Shown here: piece after piece, positions 52,265-64,000 of the stretch
How the letters are laid out: each line of letters starts with the position of its first letter
Position numbering within the stretch: the first letter of the stretch is position 1
Source of the DNA: Octopus vulgaris
Taxonomy: Eukaryota
Assembly: GCA_951406725.2 (NCBI GenBank)
Contig: OX597814.1
Location: 76,384,001 to 76,448,000 of the forward strand
Length of the DNA stretch: 64,000 bases
Direction: 5' to 3'
Notes under the pieces: generated by a model
Told to the model about the DNA's origin: nothing
Seen by the model: only the letters and a program-made list of their open reading frames with translations
The model's database searches: none
Program-made: the position numbers and the translations under genes

Positions 52265-54407
52265 TTTAGAGAAAACAAAAGATGAAGACAGGTGAAAGAA
52301 GAAGAAGCAGGTGGTCAAGAAGAATGGAAATATTTTTGACATTTTGAGCTTATGCTCTTCTCTTTGACAGAAAAATGGAGAGTGAAAAATGTGTAGGGAT
52401 TAATGGTTTAAAATGATGACATGACCAGGAGAAAGAGGCTGAATGTAGGGGAGATAATAATGGTGATCCAGCTGAACTGGGGTGTGCAAGCATGTATGTG
52501 TATTTAAGGATGGTGTGTGTGAGTTGGGGTGAATGCATGTGAATGTATGCGTGGGAGAGCTTAAAATTATGTGAGCTTGTGTGGGTGTATAGGAGTGTGT
52601 GTATGTATGTGTATAAGTAAACCAGTGCACATGTTGTGTGAAGTGATGTGTGCTTTGTGTAATCATATGTGAGTGTATGGATGTGTGTATATGTATGTGA
52701 GGCTGTGCATAGTATGTGTGTGTGCATGCATGTGTATTGTGTATGTTTGTGTGTGAAATTTGTATGTTTATGTGTGTTGTGTGCTTGTGTATTGTGTGTG
52801 TTTTTATGAGTGAATATTGTGTGCTGTGGGGAAATGTATGGGGGTGCAAGGTGGGATTGGGGTAATGAGTGTTAGGGGTTGGGAGGTATTGGGTGCTAGT
52901 GTGTGCAGAGTGGGAAGGTGTGTGTTAGTGCATGTGCAGGTGAGTGTGAGAGTATGTGCATGTGAATCTGTGTGCATAATAGTATGTGATGTGGGTATTG
53001 AGTTGAACAGTGTGTATGGGTGTTTGTATAATAGTGTGTGGTGAGGGCACTGAGTTAGGTAGTGTACAAGTGTGGGTGTGGATGGCAGAGGAGGGACAGT
53101 TAAAGGTGAAAAGTGTGTGTGAATGTGCATAGGGTTGATTTTAGATGAGGAGAGGTGACAAATTAAGACTATAAGGAGCAAAGGAATGCAGAGAGAAAAT
53201 AAATTCTTGTTCATGGCAGACGTGGGAGTCTGTGTGGCCTCTGTGCAATGACAGTCCAAACACAGACAGATGTTGTAGTGAATGACCAGTTGAGCAACAG
53301 TGGTGAGAGACCAAGATGTCATTATCAAGTCTGATGTCTTGGAGATGTTCAGTGAACCAGTTGGCTAAGTGGCATCCCATTTGGCCAATGTACAGGGAAA
53401 GACAGGCAGCAGGAGATACAGTAGATGACATTGCTGGTGGTGCAGGTAAACAAGTTGGTGATGTGGTAGGGGCGATGATGGGTACTGGTGAGGATAGTGG
53501 TGTTGGAGAGGTAGGGACAGGTAAATGAGGTGTTGGAGAGGTAGGGACAGGTAAATGAGTTGGTGATGTGGTAGGGGCAGTGGTGGGTGCTGGTAAGCAT
53601 AGTGGGCAAGAGCAAGGGAAGAAGCTAGGTTGGGGGCCAGGAGTGGGGAAGAAACTATGGACCATTTGAAGGATGGAAGGAGTGGATTTGGGAAGATGTG
53701 AGAGGGTGAGATGTTGGATAGGAGCTAACAGAAGGCTTGATAAATGGTCTGTTGGAGGGGTAGGATGGAAGAGTGATAAGTGAAGAAAAGAGGAAGGTGG
53801 GTAAGGATGGTGGTGGGTTTAAGGGAGAGAGAGCAGAGAAACAGTCAGTGGATCGTGCATGAGCAAGGGCAGTTTGGATAATGGTGAGGGGATATCCATG
53901 TAGAATGAAGTGAATTGAGACTGAGACTGAAAGTGAGTAGAGACTGGGTCTCAAAGTCATGGTCGGCACTGCAGAGCTGATGTAGATAGAGGAAGTGGAT
54001 GCAGGTGTGGATATGGTGGGAGGAGGAGAGGTTGAGATAGGAGTCTGTGTGTTTGTAGTTGATGGAAGTGGTAAGAGCAAAATGGTGGATGCTAACAGAA
54101 ATGTCGAGAAATTCAATGGTAGAGTTGGAGACAGTGCAGGAGAATTCAAAGACAGGATGAAAGGACTGGACGAAGGAGAGAAAGGAGTCAAGATGTTCAT
54201 GGGAGAGTGAAGTTGCATCGATATAATGACCATATAACTCAGGAGTAGGACAGTGAACTGTGAGAATATTTGGGCCTCAACATAGCCACCAGCGAACAGG
54301 TTTGCATAGTTGGAGCCCATTCTCATTCCCATGGCCATTTCTGAGATCTGATGGTAAAAATCTCTTGCAAACAAGAAGCAGTTGAGGAAGAGGATGTGTT
54401 CAGCCAT
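52265..54407 (-). mobile_element. Decayed Penelope-like element (RT C-part, GIY-YIG endonuclease, low-complexity insert, terminal hammerhead trace)
   Basis: FYHQISEMAMGMRMGSNYANLF (PLE RT motif); LYIGQMGCHLANWFTEHLQDIR (GIY-YIG); gagc-ataa-gctc-aaaa-tgtc at ~52334-52374 minus. Confidence 0.85.
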
Positions 54408-55882
54408 GTATGTATGTATTGAAATAAAAATTTAAAAACAAAATGAAATTAGCAAAAGTAGTTCAGGAGTACCAAACTTATCTCTTTGCACATATATTAT
54501 GTTGCTAAAATGTAAATAAAGTACTACTATAGTTCAACGTTATTTATCTTGTACTTGTTTCAGTCACTGAGCTACAGCCATGCCAAACTGCTAAGTTATA
54601 GGACACAAACTAATCAACCCCTGATGCCAAGCTGTAGTGGGGTATATACACACACTATATGGCAACCTTCTTTCAGTTTCCATCCAAATTCACTAACAAG
54701 GCTTTAGTTAGCCTGGGACTACTATTGAAGACACTTGCCCAAAATACCATGCAGAGGGACTGAACTTAGAACCATATGATTGGGAAGCATACTTCTTACT
54801 ACACAGCCATGCCTAGATATTTCAGCTGAGGTTTAATGTTACGGGGGCTATTTAGTGGTTATTCTATGTTCAAATTCTGTCTCATTACTAATAGCCAAGG
54901 TTAATTCCCTGACTTCAGGAGTTCCTAGGGCTGGATTTATGTGTGGGTCATTATGGGCATTGTCCCAGGAGCCCCTTTAACTCAGAGAATCTTGGAGTTA
55001 AAAATCATAAAAAATACTTTTACAGAAACCAAATAAATAATTTGTATTTTTTTTTTTACTTGTTTAAATTGTTTTTAATCCGATAGAGTTCTTTTAAAAT
55101 TATTCAGCACTCCTTTGATTTATTGGGCCATTTTAAATTTAAAAAGCCATGAAATTTACAGAGACACAAGTGGGTTTTTGTTGGCTGGTCTGAGATGACA
55201 ACTGGTTGAGTTAATGAATGAAAATATGTCTCTTAGGCTGCGCATTAAAGTAACTGACAACACACATGAACAATTAACAGGTTTTATTATTGCACATAGA
55301 GTTTAACTGTCTGACAATGGTAAGCATGGAAACACAATGCACAGCTGTCTCAACATTCAACCTGGCAAGAGGCAAGACATGTGAATGAGTTGGCTGATCT
55401 CAATGCTCTGCAAAGAATGTTGACACAGAAGCAGCATTTTGTTGGATACAAGCAGAAGATTGAATCGTGCGATAGTTTCATGCTGATTGGTTGCTTAATA
55501 GACTGAGCATGTGAAACAGTCTTGATATTTGACCAGCATTTACCAAGCATTTCAGTTTCGAATCACCACCACAACCCTTTTCAGTCTTGCAAACCCTAGA
55601 TTTAATAGAGCCCGTCTTATGTTTTGAATTAGAAAAGTTATCAGGGCCTCCAAAATCTATTGATCCAGGGGCCCCACTAGATCCAACTTCCACTGATGTG
55701 GACATATAGGACTATAACCAGTAGAGATAAGCCAGTTGCAGTATACTGAAGTGTTCTCATTAAATATGCTAATGCTAACCTAACTATTATTTTTAATGCA
55801 GATAGTGTCCCCAAGTAATTAACCTCAGTGATTTTTTTAAATACCTCACTCTTTCTTAATCCATCCATCCATACATACATAC

Positions 55883-55984
55883 ATAATGATTGTTCCATCT
55901 TCACTGATGATTGCCGTCTCTTTGTGTTGCCTTGTTGTCAATAGCATTTCTGACTTCCTGTCCATGACCTCTCGGGTGACTGTT
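55883..55984 (-). CDS. Candidate exon of unidentified host gene (RTVTREVMDRKSEMLLTTRQHKETAIISEDGTII)
   Basis: Acceptor ttctgtaacag, donor AT|gtatgt, 102 nt, open and in phase with the ATG exon at 58111-58124. Confidence 0.5.
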
Positions 55985-56356
55985 CTGTTACAGAATTTTC
56001 AAACACTACAAATATCTTAAGAGCTATGAGTAGGGATTGGATGGGTAAAATTGGTAAGTAGAGCAAAATTAGTAATTTCTCATTTCTCATTTTCTCCCTG
56101 CCTGTTTGAAATCATTACATTGCATGTATTGCATCATCATTTTGTACTGTTGCATCATCTTTAGGAGTAAAAATTGGTCAGCATAGCTGTTGTTGTTGGA
56201 AATTGAAAGAGTTTCAAACAGTCAGGTGACAAGTACTTTTTTTCAAGAAATTTTTCCTCAATTGCAATTGAGGTTGTTAATAAAATATCTGGATAATTTT
56301 TGGTGTTCAACAATTAAAATTCTTTTCTCTGTTGGATTGCAAGTCAATATTTCCCC

Positions 56357-58018
56357 ACATCATCATCATCGTTTAACATCCATTTTCCAAGCTAGCATAC
56401 GTTGGACGGTTCGACCAGGGTCTGGGAGGCCAAGAGGCTGCACTAGGCTCCAGTCTGATCTGGCAGTGTTTCTACAGCTGGATGCCCTTATAATGCCAAC
56501 CACTCCAAGAGTGTAGTGGGTGATTTTTACGTCACCAGCACAGGGGTCAGAGGAGGCTGACAACGGCCATGATTGGTTGGTGCTTTTTACATGCCACTGG
56601 CACGAAAGCCAGGCAAGGTGGTGCTGGCATCAGCTATGTTCAGATGGTGCTTTTTACATGCCACCGGCTTGGATATCACAACTACAATTTCCCTTTGATT
56701 TTCATTTTGATGTTGATGTACTTGACTCAATAGGTCTCCTCAAGCACAGCAGGTCGCCCTACGATCCAAGGTACTTTTAATTGGGCTGGGGCAGGTTATG
56801 GAAAACTAGTGTAGGATACAGCCGTGAACTCACTTTATTTGCCAGGTCTTCGCGGTCACAGCATATCTCTAGATGTCTCGGTCTTTTGTCATTGCCTCTG
56901 TGAGGCCCAACGTTCGAAGGTCATGCTTGACCACCTCAGCCCATGTCTTCCTGGGTCTACCTCTACTCCGGATTCCTTCAACTGTATGGGAGTGACACTT
57001 CTTCACACATCTCTCCTCATCCATCCATAGTACATGACCACACCAGCGCAAACATCTCTTTTGCATGCCACATCCTATGCTTCTTATGTCCAATATTTCT
57101 CTCAGGGCACTTACACTCTGTTGTGTGTGCACACTGACATTACACTTCCAGCGGATCATGTTAGTTTCATTTCTTTTGAGCCTACGCATGTCCTCCGCAG
57201 TCATGGCCCATGTTTCACTGCTGTGAAGCATGGGAGTTCGCACACATGCATCGTACAATCTACCTTTCACTCTGAGCAAGAGGCCCTTTGTTGACAGTAA
57301 GGGTAGAAGCTTTCTAAACTTTACCCAGGCTATTCTTATTCTAGTGGTAACACTCTCTGAGTATCCATCCCCACTACTAACTTGGTCACCTAGGTAGCGG
57401 AAGCTATCGACTACTTCTAGTTTCTCTTCCTGGAGTGTGATGGAATCTGTTTTCTGAGCATGTGGTGTCTATTGCCCCTGTACATCTGCCGCACACAAAA
57501 GCTATCTTCTCAGTTAATCTTCCTTTGATGTTGCTACACCTCTTATATGTCCATAGTTTACACTGAGTACATCTTATCAAGTTTCTACCTACACCTTTTC
57601 TACAGATCTAGCAGGGCCACCTACCTGAGTGGGTATGTGATGTGTTCGCCTTCCTACTTACTAGAACTTTGGTCTTTGCTACATTGACTCTAAGGCCTTT
57701 TGATTCTAAATCTTGCTTCTACACCCAAAATTTTTTTCTAGTTCTGGAAGTGATTCTGCTTGAGGAGCAACGCATCTTGAATTCCTTTGTTATTGCCTGG
57801 AGGACTATGTTGAATAAGAGGAGGCTGAGGGCTGAACATTGGTGGACCCCTACTTCTACCTGGAATTCTTCACTATACTCATTGCCAATCCTAACCTTAC
57901 TAATGGCCTCTCTGTATGGGGCCTGTACAACCCTTATCAACCATTCGTCAACCCCCAGTTTCTGCATCGCCCACCAGATTAGGGATCGGGGGACCCTGTC
58001 AAAGGCTTTCTCCAAGTC
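56357..58018 (-). mobile_element. RTE family A, 5'-truncated, decayed
   Basis: EKAFDRVPRSLIWW, RLYDACVR, RSRGRPRKTW; 3' UTR and (GAT)n tail. Confidence 0.93.
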
Positions 58019-58110
58019 TGATCTTTCTGGTGCCTAAAGATGTATATTGATGTGTATGGGTTTTTTTTCAAACGTAATTCTAGGGAATTGAAGAGGCAAA
58101 TTTATCTTAC

Positions 58111-58168
58111 CTTGTCTTAGTCATTTTGCTCTAGCTAAATTTGTTTCAAAGAGAAAGGAAATAATTTT
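58111..58168 (-). CDS. Candidate first coding exon (5' UTR plus ATG ACT AAG ACA AG)
   Basis: Acceptor ctatttcag, aaaATG at 58124, consensus donor AAG|gtaaga. Confidence 0.45.
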
Positions 58169-58899
58169 CTGAAATAGTGTTCTAAATATGTTATAGTGTT
58201 TTTAATACATTTAGAGAATGTTGTTTACTTAGCTAATATAGTTTTTGTAAGGTAGTGAACATTCGTAAAAAGTATACCTTTTCATAAAGGCAAAAATGCA
58301 GTAAATATTCCTCATTGTGCCCCACCGCCAATATAAAATTTGCAGTTTAGGTCATAAAAATAGAATATTTTGTTAATATAATAACATCTTATTTAGTTGA
58401 AGAAATTTGATGAGAGTATGAGTTGCTGTGACAGAGAAACCTGACTTCATTTTATGTATTTATTTCTAATGTGAAAATAGTTTATAACTGTCCGAAACAT
58501 TTACTAAATTTACCGTGTTTTGTGAACGTTTCGTTGTTAGTATTTGTCGATACAGAGCATCACTAGTTTTCTAGGCTGCAACTATTTTAATTATTTATAT
58601 ATTTTACCTGGTATTGAAGTTATACTTTACAATTGTGGTTTAACTACAGTTTGGTGCCCATAACTTCGTTTCCTCATAATATCGTCAAAAAAGCATATCT
58701 TTTAAATTTAAATCTTTCGGAAACACGTTTTTTAAGATGTAAATTGTTATTATGCTGATAAACTTAGGAAAAAAATTAACAGAAAAGTGAATTTTGTGTA
58801 GTTTTTCACTCCCACCCTGAGCTTTGTTATCACTATTTTCCATTAAGTTTCACATTACATCACAAATTTCTTTTTCCAGATTTCTGTTGGAACATCAAC

Positions 58900-59450
58900 A
58901 TTAAGTAAACTATACGTTCAACGTTATTAGCGTAATTGTAATCTGTATCTTTAAAAACATATCCCTGCAAAATTGAATTTTAAAAATGTCGATAGGGCGG
59001 AGGAGCAACAAACTGTAGTTATGCCAGCGATCTCTCGCAGAGAGAACTGGTGCAAAGATAAATTCATATTCTTATAATGACTTGAAATATCGTGTGTATG
59101 TGAGCAGGCTTCCATATCAAAGGTATTCAATGTTCTCTTACACCAAACAGTCATAAAAGAAACACAAACAGACGTTTGTAGAACACTCACCCGCAAATAA
59201 GTAAACATAACACTCTCTCTAAATAAAAAAAAGACAGACACACACGCAAATGGGATTTGCAAAGTACTGAATGAAAGAAAAAAAGTAAAGCGAGGAATGT
59301 TCCAGGTGTGTTTTAGGTACCTAAGAATCAGACAACCGTTTTAATAACAATCCGAATGTTTACTTTAGAAATTAAAAACATTGGTTTGACAGTATTACCG
59401 GAAACGGAAGTGACTTCTATGCCATGCCTTCATTAACGAAGGTGAAATAT
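58900..59450. promoter_or_regulatory. Putative housekeeping-type promoter region
   Basis: Repeat-free and visibly less CpG-depleted; tandem ETS-like accggaaacggaagtg at ~59397-59412; lies just upstream of the minus-strand candidate exons. Confidence 0.4.
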
Positions 59451-61307
59451 TAAATCCAAACATTTTGATCACCTATTTTGGTAGGTATTTAAATATATTC
59501 TTGTGAAAAAAGTTTCTCCCTAGAATACATTTAATATAAATGGATTAGAAAAGAAATCAAGACTTAATTAAAATCAAATGTTTTCATATAAAAATAGATT
59601 TTATTCTTTAGCATTTCTTCACTAAAATATTTTGTTTTGTTTTCGTTATGATATGTCTACTTAAGTTTTAGTTATAAACATTTTTTAAAGCACAAAGGCA
59701 ATGAGATAGTTTATACATTCGGAAAATTTAAAAATATATTTCCATTATACAAAATAGCTATCCTTGAAGAGATATCTGAAATATTACTGTTTTAAATTTC
59801 TTAGATACAACAAAATCTATATTTAAAGTTCAAACCGAAATCTAAGGTTGTGTTTCTCAAAGATTCGTGTCGCAAAGATACGATTACTGATGAACTTCGC
59901 ATGAACAGCTAATAAAAATATTTTAAGGTTACAAATTCAGTGAAAAGAAATAAGGTAAAAAACTGTTGCTTCGTTTATCTTTTTAACCATACTTTATTGT
60001 ATTGATTATAACGTTTTTAACACAAAAAACCCCCCAAGTTATAGTTACCAAAACCTGCTGCATTGAAGAATAAGCCCCTTAACGATTGCAAATATTGTTC
60101 TCGATAAATCGTTAACTAATTCCCCCGTCTTCCCGAAATTTGCTGGTTTCCCAACCCAAACTATTTCGAAAGCCAAGCCGCGCTATTTTTATTAATCCCA
60201 AACACAAAACACCGTTTTCCTTCACAAAAGTAGAACTATATAGGCAATTGAATAATCCTTAAAATTGCTTGTGGACGTTGATTATCACAACACACGCTGT
60301 TGTTTCCCTTTAGTACGAAAATGTAAAACGAGATAAAGATTATCAGTTTGCTAGCTCCCTTAGCATTCCAAAGTTCACTTCCATATCAGTGAAACTCTGT
60401 GCAAGGATCTGATATTGTATATTTACTCTGAATTGTAATAAACTTTATAACTGCTTTATCTAAAACTTTGGCTAAGGTAGGTTATGAATATTGTAACTGC
60501 CAGGGTTTTCCCTTGCTCTATTATATAATACCTTTGACTCTAAAAAAATAAAGATAGGCTCAATTCTAAGTTATCTTAACATTTATTCTGCTTCTGAGGA
60601 CAGTCTATTGGTTGACGACTTTCTCATTTATTGATCAAAGCAAAACTGAACACCAGACAGTCCTCCAAAAAATTCAAGCTGGCTCTTCGTCTTTTGAATT
60701 TTTAGCCAACTTATTTGTCAAGGCACTCAATGATGCTATCAACTCTGGGGCATGGTAGCAATTTATCCTTAGGTTCTACAAGACAAATTCAATAATGCAT
60801 TGTCTATGACAAACATAATTCAAATCCAAATTTTCAATGAATAGCCTTCAACAATTCAACTACCATTGCTCCTGCAGCCATGCCTTCTGATATAAAGTAC
60901 ATAAGTATCAAATTAACCATCACTAGCAAACTACAGGAATTCAGTATGAAAGGTGCAGTACTGTTTTTTTTCTTTTTCTGTCCCTCAGATAGGCACTCTT
61001 TGGAATTATTTTCAGCTTCTCCAGTCTTCTCTTGCCTAATACTGAATCCATTTCTGTAATCCAGATTTCATCAGTCAGTATCAAGAAAGTTTGTGATACA
61101 ATTCTTTCATTCGCAGATGGTTCTTGATCCTGTGCTAACAGTTTGCACCTCCTGCATACCAAAGCTTATCTTCCAATATGGAGTAAAATGACAAACAATT
61201 TCATTTGTTGTCACTATATTTATCAATACGGTCTTTAAAGGCATTCTCCCAGATCTCAACAAATTCATTTTCACCCAATTTGAACCTTAACCAAAACTAA
61301 CAAGGAT

Positions 61308-61520
61308 CTTTTCTACTCTAGGCACAAGGCCCAACATTTATGAGGAGGGGGCCTGTCGATTTGATCGACCCAAGTACACAACTTGTACTTAATTTATCGA
61401 CCCTGAAAGGATGAAAGGCAAAGTTGACCTTGGCAGAATTTGAACTCAGAACAAAAGCAGGTGAAATACTGCTAAGTCTTTCACCCGGCATGCTAATGTT
61501 TCTGTCAGCTCGCCGCCTTC
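61308..61520 (-). mobile_element. SINE family b
   Basis: tttctactctaggcacaaggccc...gaaaggatgaaaggcaaag...cagctcgccgcctt. Confidence 0.8.
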
Positions 61521-61864
61521 CAAAACTAACAATAATATCTACCTATTTACTATTGGAAACATTTACTGTCATTTAGCCACTCCTAATTTTTGCTTTCCAC
61601 ATGATCAGGAATTGGTGCTCCATTATGTTGTGAGGCTACCATCCATACAGCATACAAATTAATTCACCAGAATTTGTTACCAAAAGTAATTATGCAAAAA
61701 AGTGCTTTTAGCTCTGTCAGATATAGTGCTATAATGAGACATGCTACCAGTAAGCATTTATCACTGTACCAACTGGTTGGGGAATCAGTCTTGTCAGTTT
61801 GAATTTTATTATACTGACCTTAAAATTTAACCCCAATTTAGGGTAAAAAAATATTAAACTTTAC

Positions 61865-61990
61865 CTTCTTTGCATGAAGTGCGTTGTATGCTCCAGCCAT
61901 CATACTGATTGGCTGACTGTCTGTTACAATTTGATTTTTTGGTACACTATTGTTTTTCATCCTCTTCAGTGCTGATTTGTCTGATCTATC
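61865..61990 (-). CDS. Candidate isolated exon (DRSDKSALKRMKNNSVPKNQIVTDSQPISMMAGAYNALHAKK)
   Basis: Acceptor catgtctccag, donor AAG|gtaaag, 126 nt open in phase 0-0. No recognisable domain. Confidence 0.3.
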
Positions 61991-62168
61991 CTGGAGACAT
62001 GTAAGATATAGAGGTCTGATATTCTTTTGTCACTTGACCTCTCCTTCTGCTTTGTGTCTTTTCTCCATGCTTATGGTACTCTAGCTAACTGCTTATTGTC
62101 TTCCATAATAGATGTATCATAGTTTCAAGATATTGAGAATCTTGCAGTTCTATATTTAAGAGATGAGG

Positions 62169-62380
62169 AATTATGTACATTATTTACAATTGACAGATAT
62201 CTGTCCTCATCTTGTTAACACAATGTTTCGGCTGATATATCCTCCAGCCTTCAGGTGTCTTGGGGGAAAATTTCCCCAAGACACCTGATGAATTCTGGAG
62301 GGTATATCAGCCAAAATGTTGTGTTAACAATAAACAAGATGAGGACAAATATCCGTCAATTGTAGATAATGTAAATAATT
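62169..62380. repeat. ~210-bp palindrome with a hammerhead motif on each arm
   Basis: Consensus of both arms: acac-CTGATGA-a-ggctg(gagggtatat)cagcc-GAAA-cg-TT-gtgt. Each arm has separate lesions. Confidence 0.8.
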
Positions 62381-62426
62381 GAGAATCCTATCAAAGTGAG
62401 CTTAGTATGAATATTGAATAAAAAAC

Positions 62427-64000
62427 ATCATCATCATCATCATCGTTTAACGTCCGTTCTCCATGCTAGCATGGGTTGGACGGTTCGACCGGCAATCTGG
62501 GAAGCCAGAAGGCTGCACCAGGCTCCAGTCTTATCTGGCAATGTTTCTACAGCTTGATGCCCTTCCTAACGCCAACCACTCCGTGAGTGTAGTGGGTGCT
62601 TTTTACGTGCCATCTGCACAGGTGCCAGGCGAGGCTGGCAACGGCCACGGTCGGATTGGTGCATTTTACGTGCCACCGGCACGGAAGCCAGTCGAGGCGG
62701 CGCTGGCATTGGCCACGATTTGGATAGTGCTTTTTACGTACCACCAGTCCAGGGGTCCTGGCATCTGCCGGGTGCCAGTCATAGGATTGGTTCAATTTCG
62801 ATTCCGATTCCAATTTCACTTGCCCCAACAGGTCTTCGCAAGCAAGGGGGGTTGGCATGGGTGCCTGTTGTTGGATGAGGTTCGATATCGACTTCGCTTG
62901 CCTCAACAGGTCTTTGTGTGTCCAAGAGAAGAAAGGCATGCATAAGTGGGCTGGACTCACTTGTCCTGCCTGGTCCTCTCACGCACACCATATTTCCAAA
63001 GGTCTCGGTCGCTGGTCATTTCCTCAGTGAGGCCTAAAGTTCGAAGGTCGTGCTTCACCACCTCGTCCCAGGTTTTCCTGGGTCTACCTCTTCCACGGGT
63101 TCCCTCAACTGCTAGGGATTGGCACTTTTTCACACACCTATCTTCATCCATTCTCGCCACATGACCATACCAGCGCAATCGTCTCTCTTGCACACCACAA
63201 CTGATGCTTCTTAGGTCCAACATTTCTCTCAAGGTACTAAAGCTCTGTCGAGTATGCACACTGACATTACACATCCATCAGAGCATACTGGCTTCATTCC
63301 TCGCGAGCTTACGCATGTCCTCAGCAGTCACGGCCCATGTTTCACTGCCATGTAGCATGGCTGTTCATACACATGCATCATACAGTCTGCCTTTTACTCT
63401 GAGCGAGAGGCCTTTAGTCACCAGCAGAGGTAAGAGTTCCCTAAACTTTGCCCAGGCTATTCTTACTCTAGCAGTTACACTTTCAGCGCACCCACCCCAA
63501 CTACTGACTTGGTCCCCTAGATAACGGAAGCTATCAACTACTTATAGTTTTTCCCCCTGGAAAGTGACGGAAGTTGTTTTCTGCAGATTTTCAGAGTTTA
63601 TTGCTCCTGAGCATCTGCCACATACAAAAACTATCTTCCCAGTTAGCCTTCCTTTGACATTGCTGCACCTCTTATGTATCCATAGCTTACACTGGGTACA
63701 TCTTATAGAGTTTCTACCTACACCTTTTCTACATATCGAGCAGGGCCATCTTTCTGAAGACATTTGTGGTTTGTCTACCTTCCTACTTATTAGTACTTTG
63801 GTTTTAGCTAGGTTGACTCTAAGGCCCCTCGATTCTAATCCCTCCTTCCACACCTGGAACTTCTCCTCCAGTTCTGATAGTGATTCAGCAATTAGAGCAA
63901 GGTCGTCAGCATAGAGGAGCTCCCAGGGGCAACCTATCTTGAATTCCTCCGTAATTGCCTGGAGGACTATGATAAATAGGAGGGGGCTGAGTACTGAACC
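62427..64000 (-). mobile_element. RTE family A, runs off the window end
   Basis: WELLYADD at ~63900-63925, PHD-like finger, RLRWYGHV, RGRGRPRKTW, 3' UTR, (GAT)n tail. Confidence 0.95.

Noticed and set aside
54925-55700. Old hAT-like element (gggctggattt...ggggcccc ends) or ORFs 55350-55705
   Set aside because: Too decayed; no clear TIR pair, TSD or transposase motif.

Overview
AT-rich, microsatellite-dense eukaryotic DNA made mostly of transposable elements. The repeat families look like those of an octopus or other cephalopod (inference from pattern recognition, not a database hit). Main contents: a complete 4.1-kb Gypsy LTR retrotransposon (3283-7398, minus; 275-bp LTRs, ATTTC TSD); six RTE-clade LINE copies of three families; a Penelope-like remnant; an R4/Dong-like remnant; an ORF1-only (HAL1-like) element; four Tc1/mariner copies; Helitron ends; MITEs; and many tRNA-derived SINEs. 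A few small minus-strand exons and a promoter-like zone near 59 kb suggest much of the window is intron of an unidentified host gene. Most unusual signals: (1) the Gypsy primer-binding site is complementary to nt 1-12 (the 5' end) of tRNA-Phe, not to a tRNA 3' end; (2) several minimal Penelope-type hammerhead motifs, mostly in palindromic non-coding elements, one with a compensatory G3-C8 core swap and a spacer copied from DNA 1.6 kb away; (3) a clear -1 frameshift slippery site plus pseudoknot in the Gypsy; (4) a PHD-like finger inserted in the RT of one RTE family. No CRISPR, rRNA or true tRNA gene was seen. All coordinates were counted by eye, and boundaries of decayed repeats are approximate.
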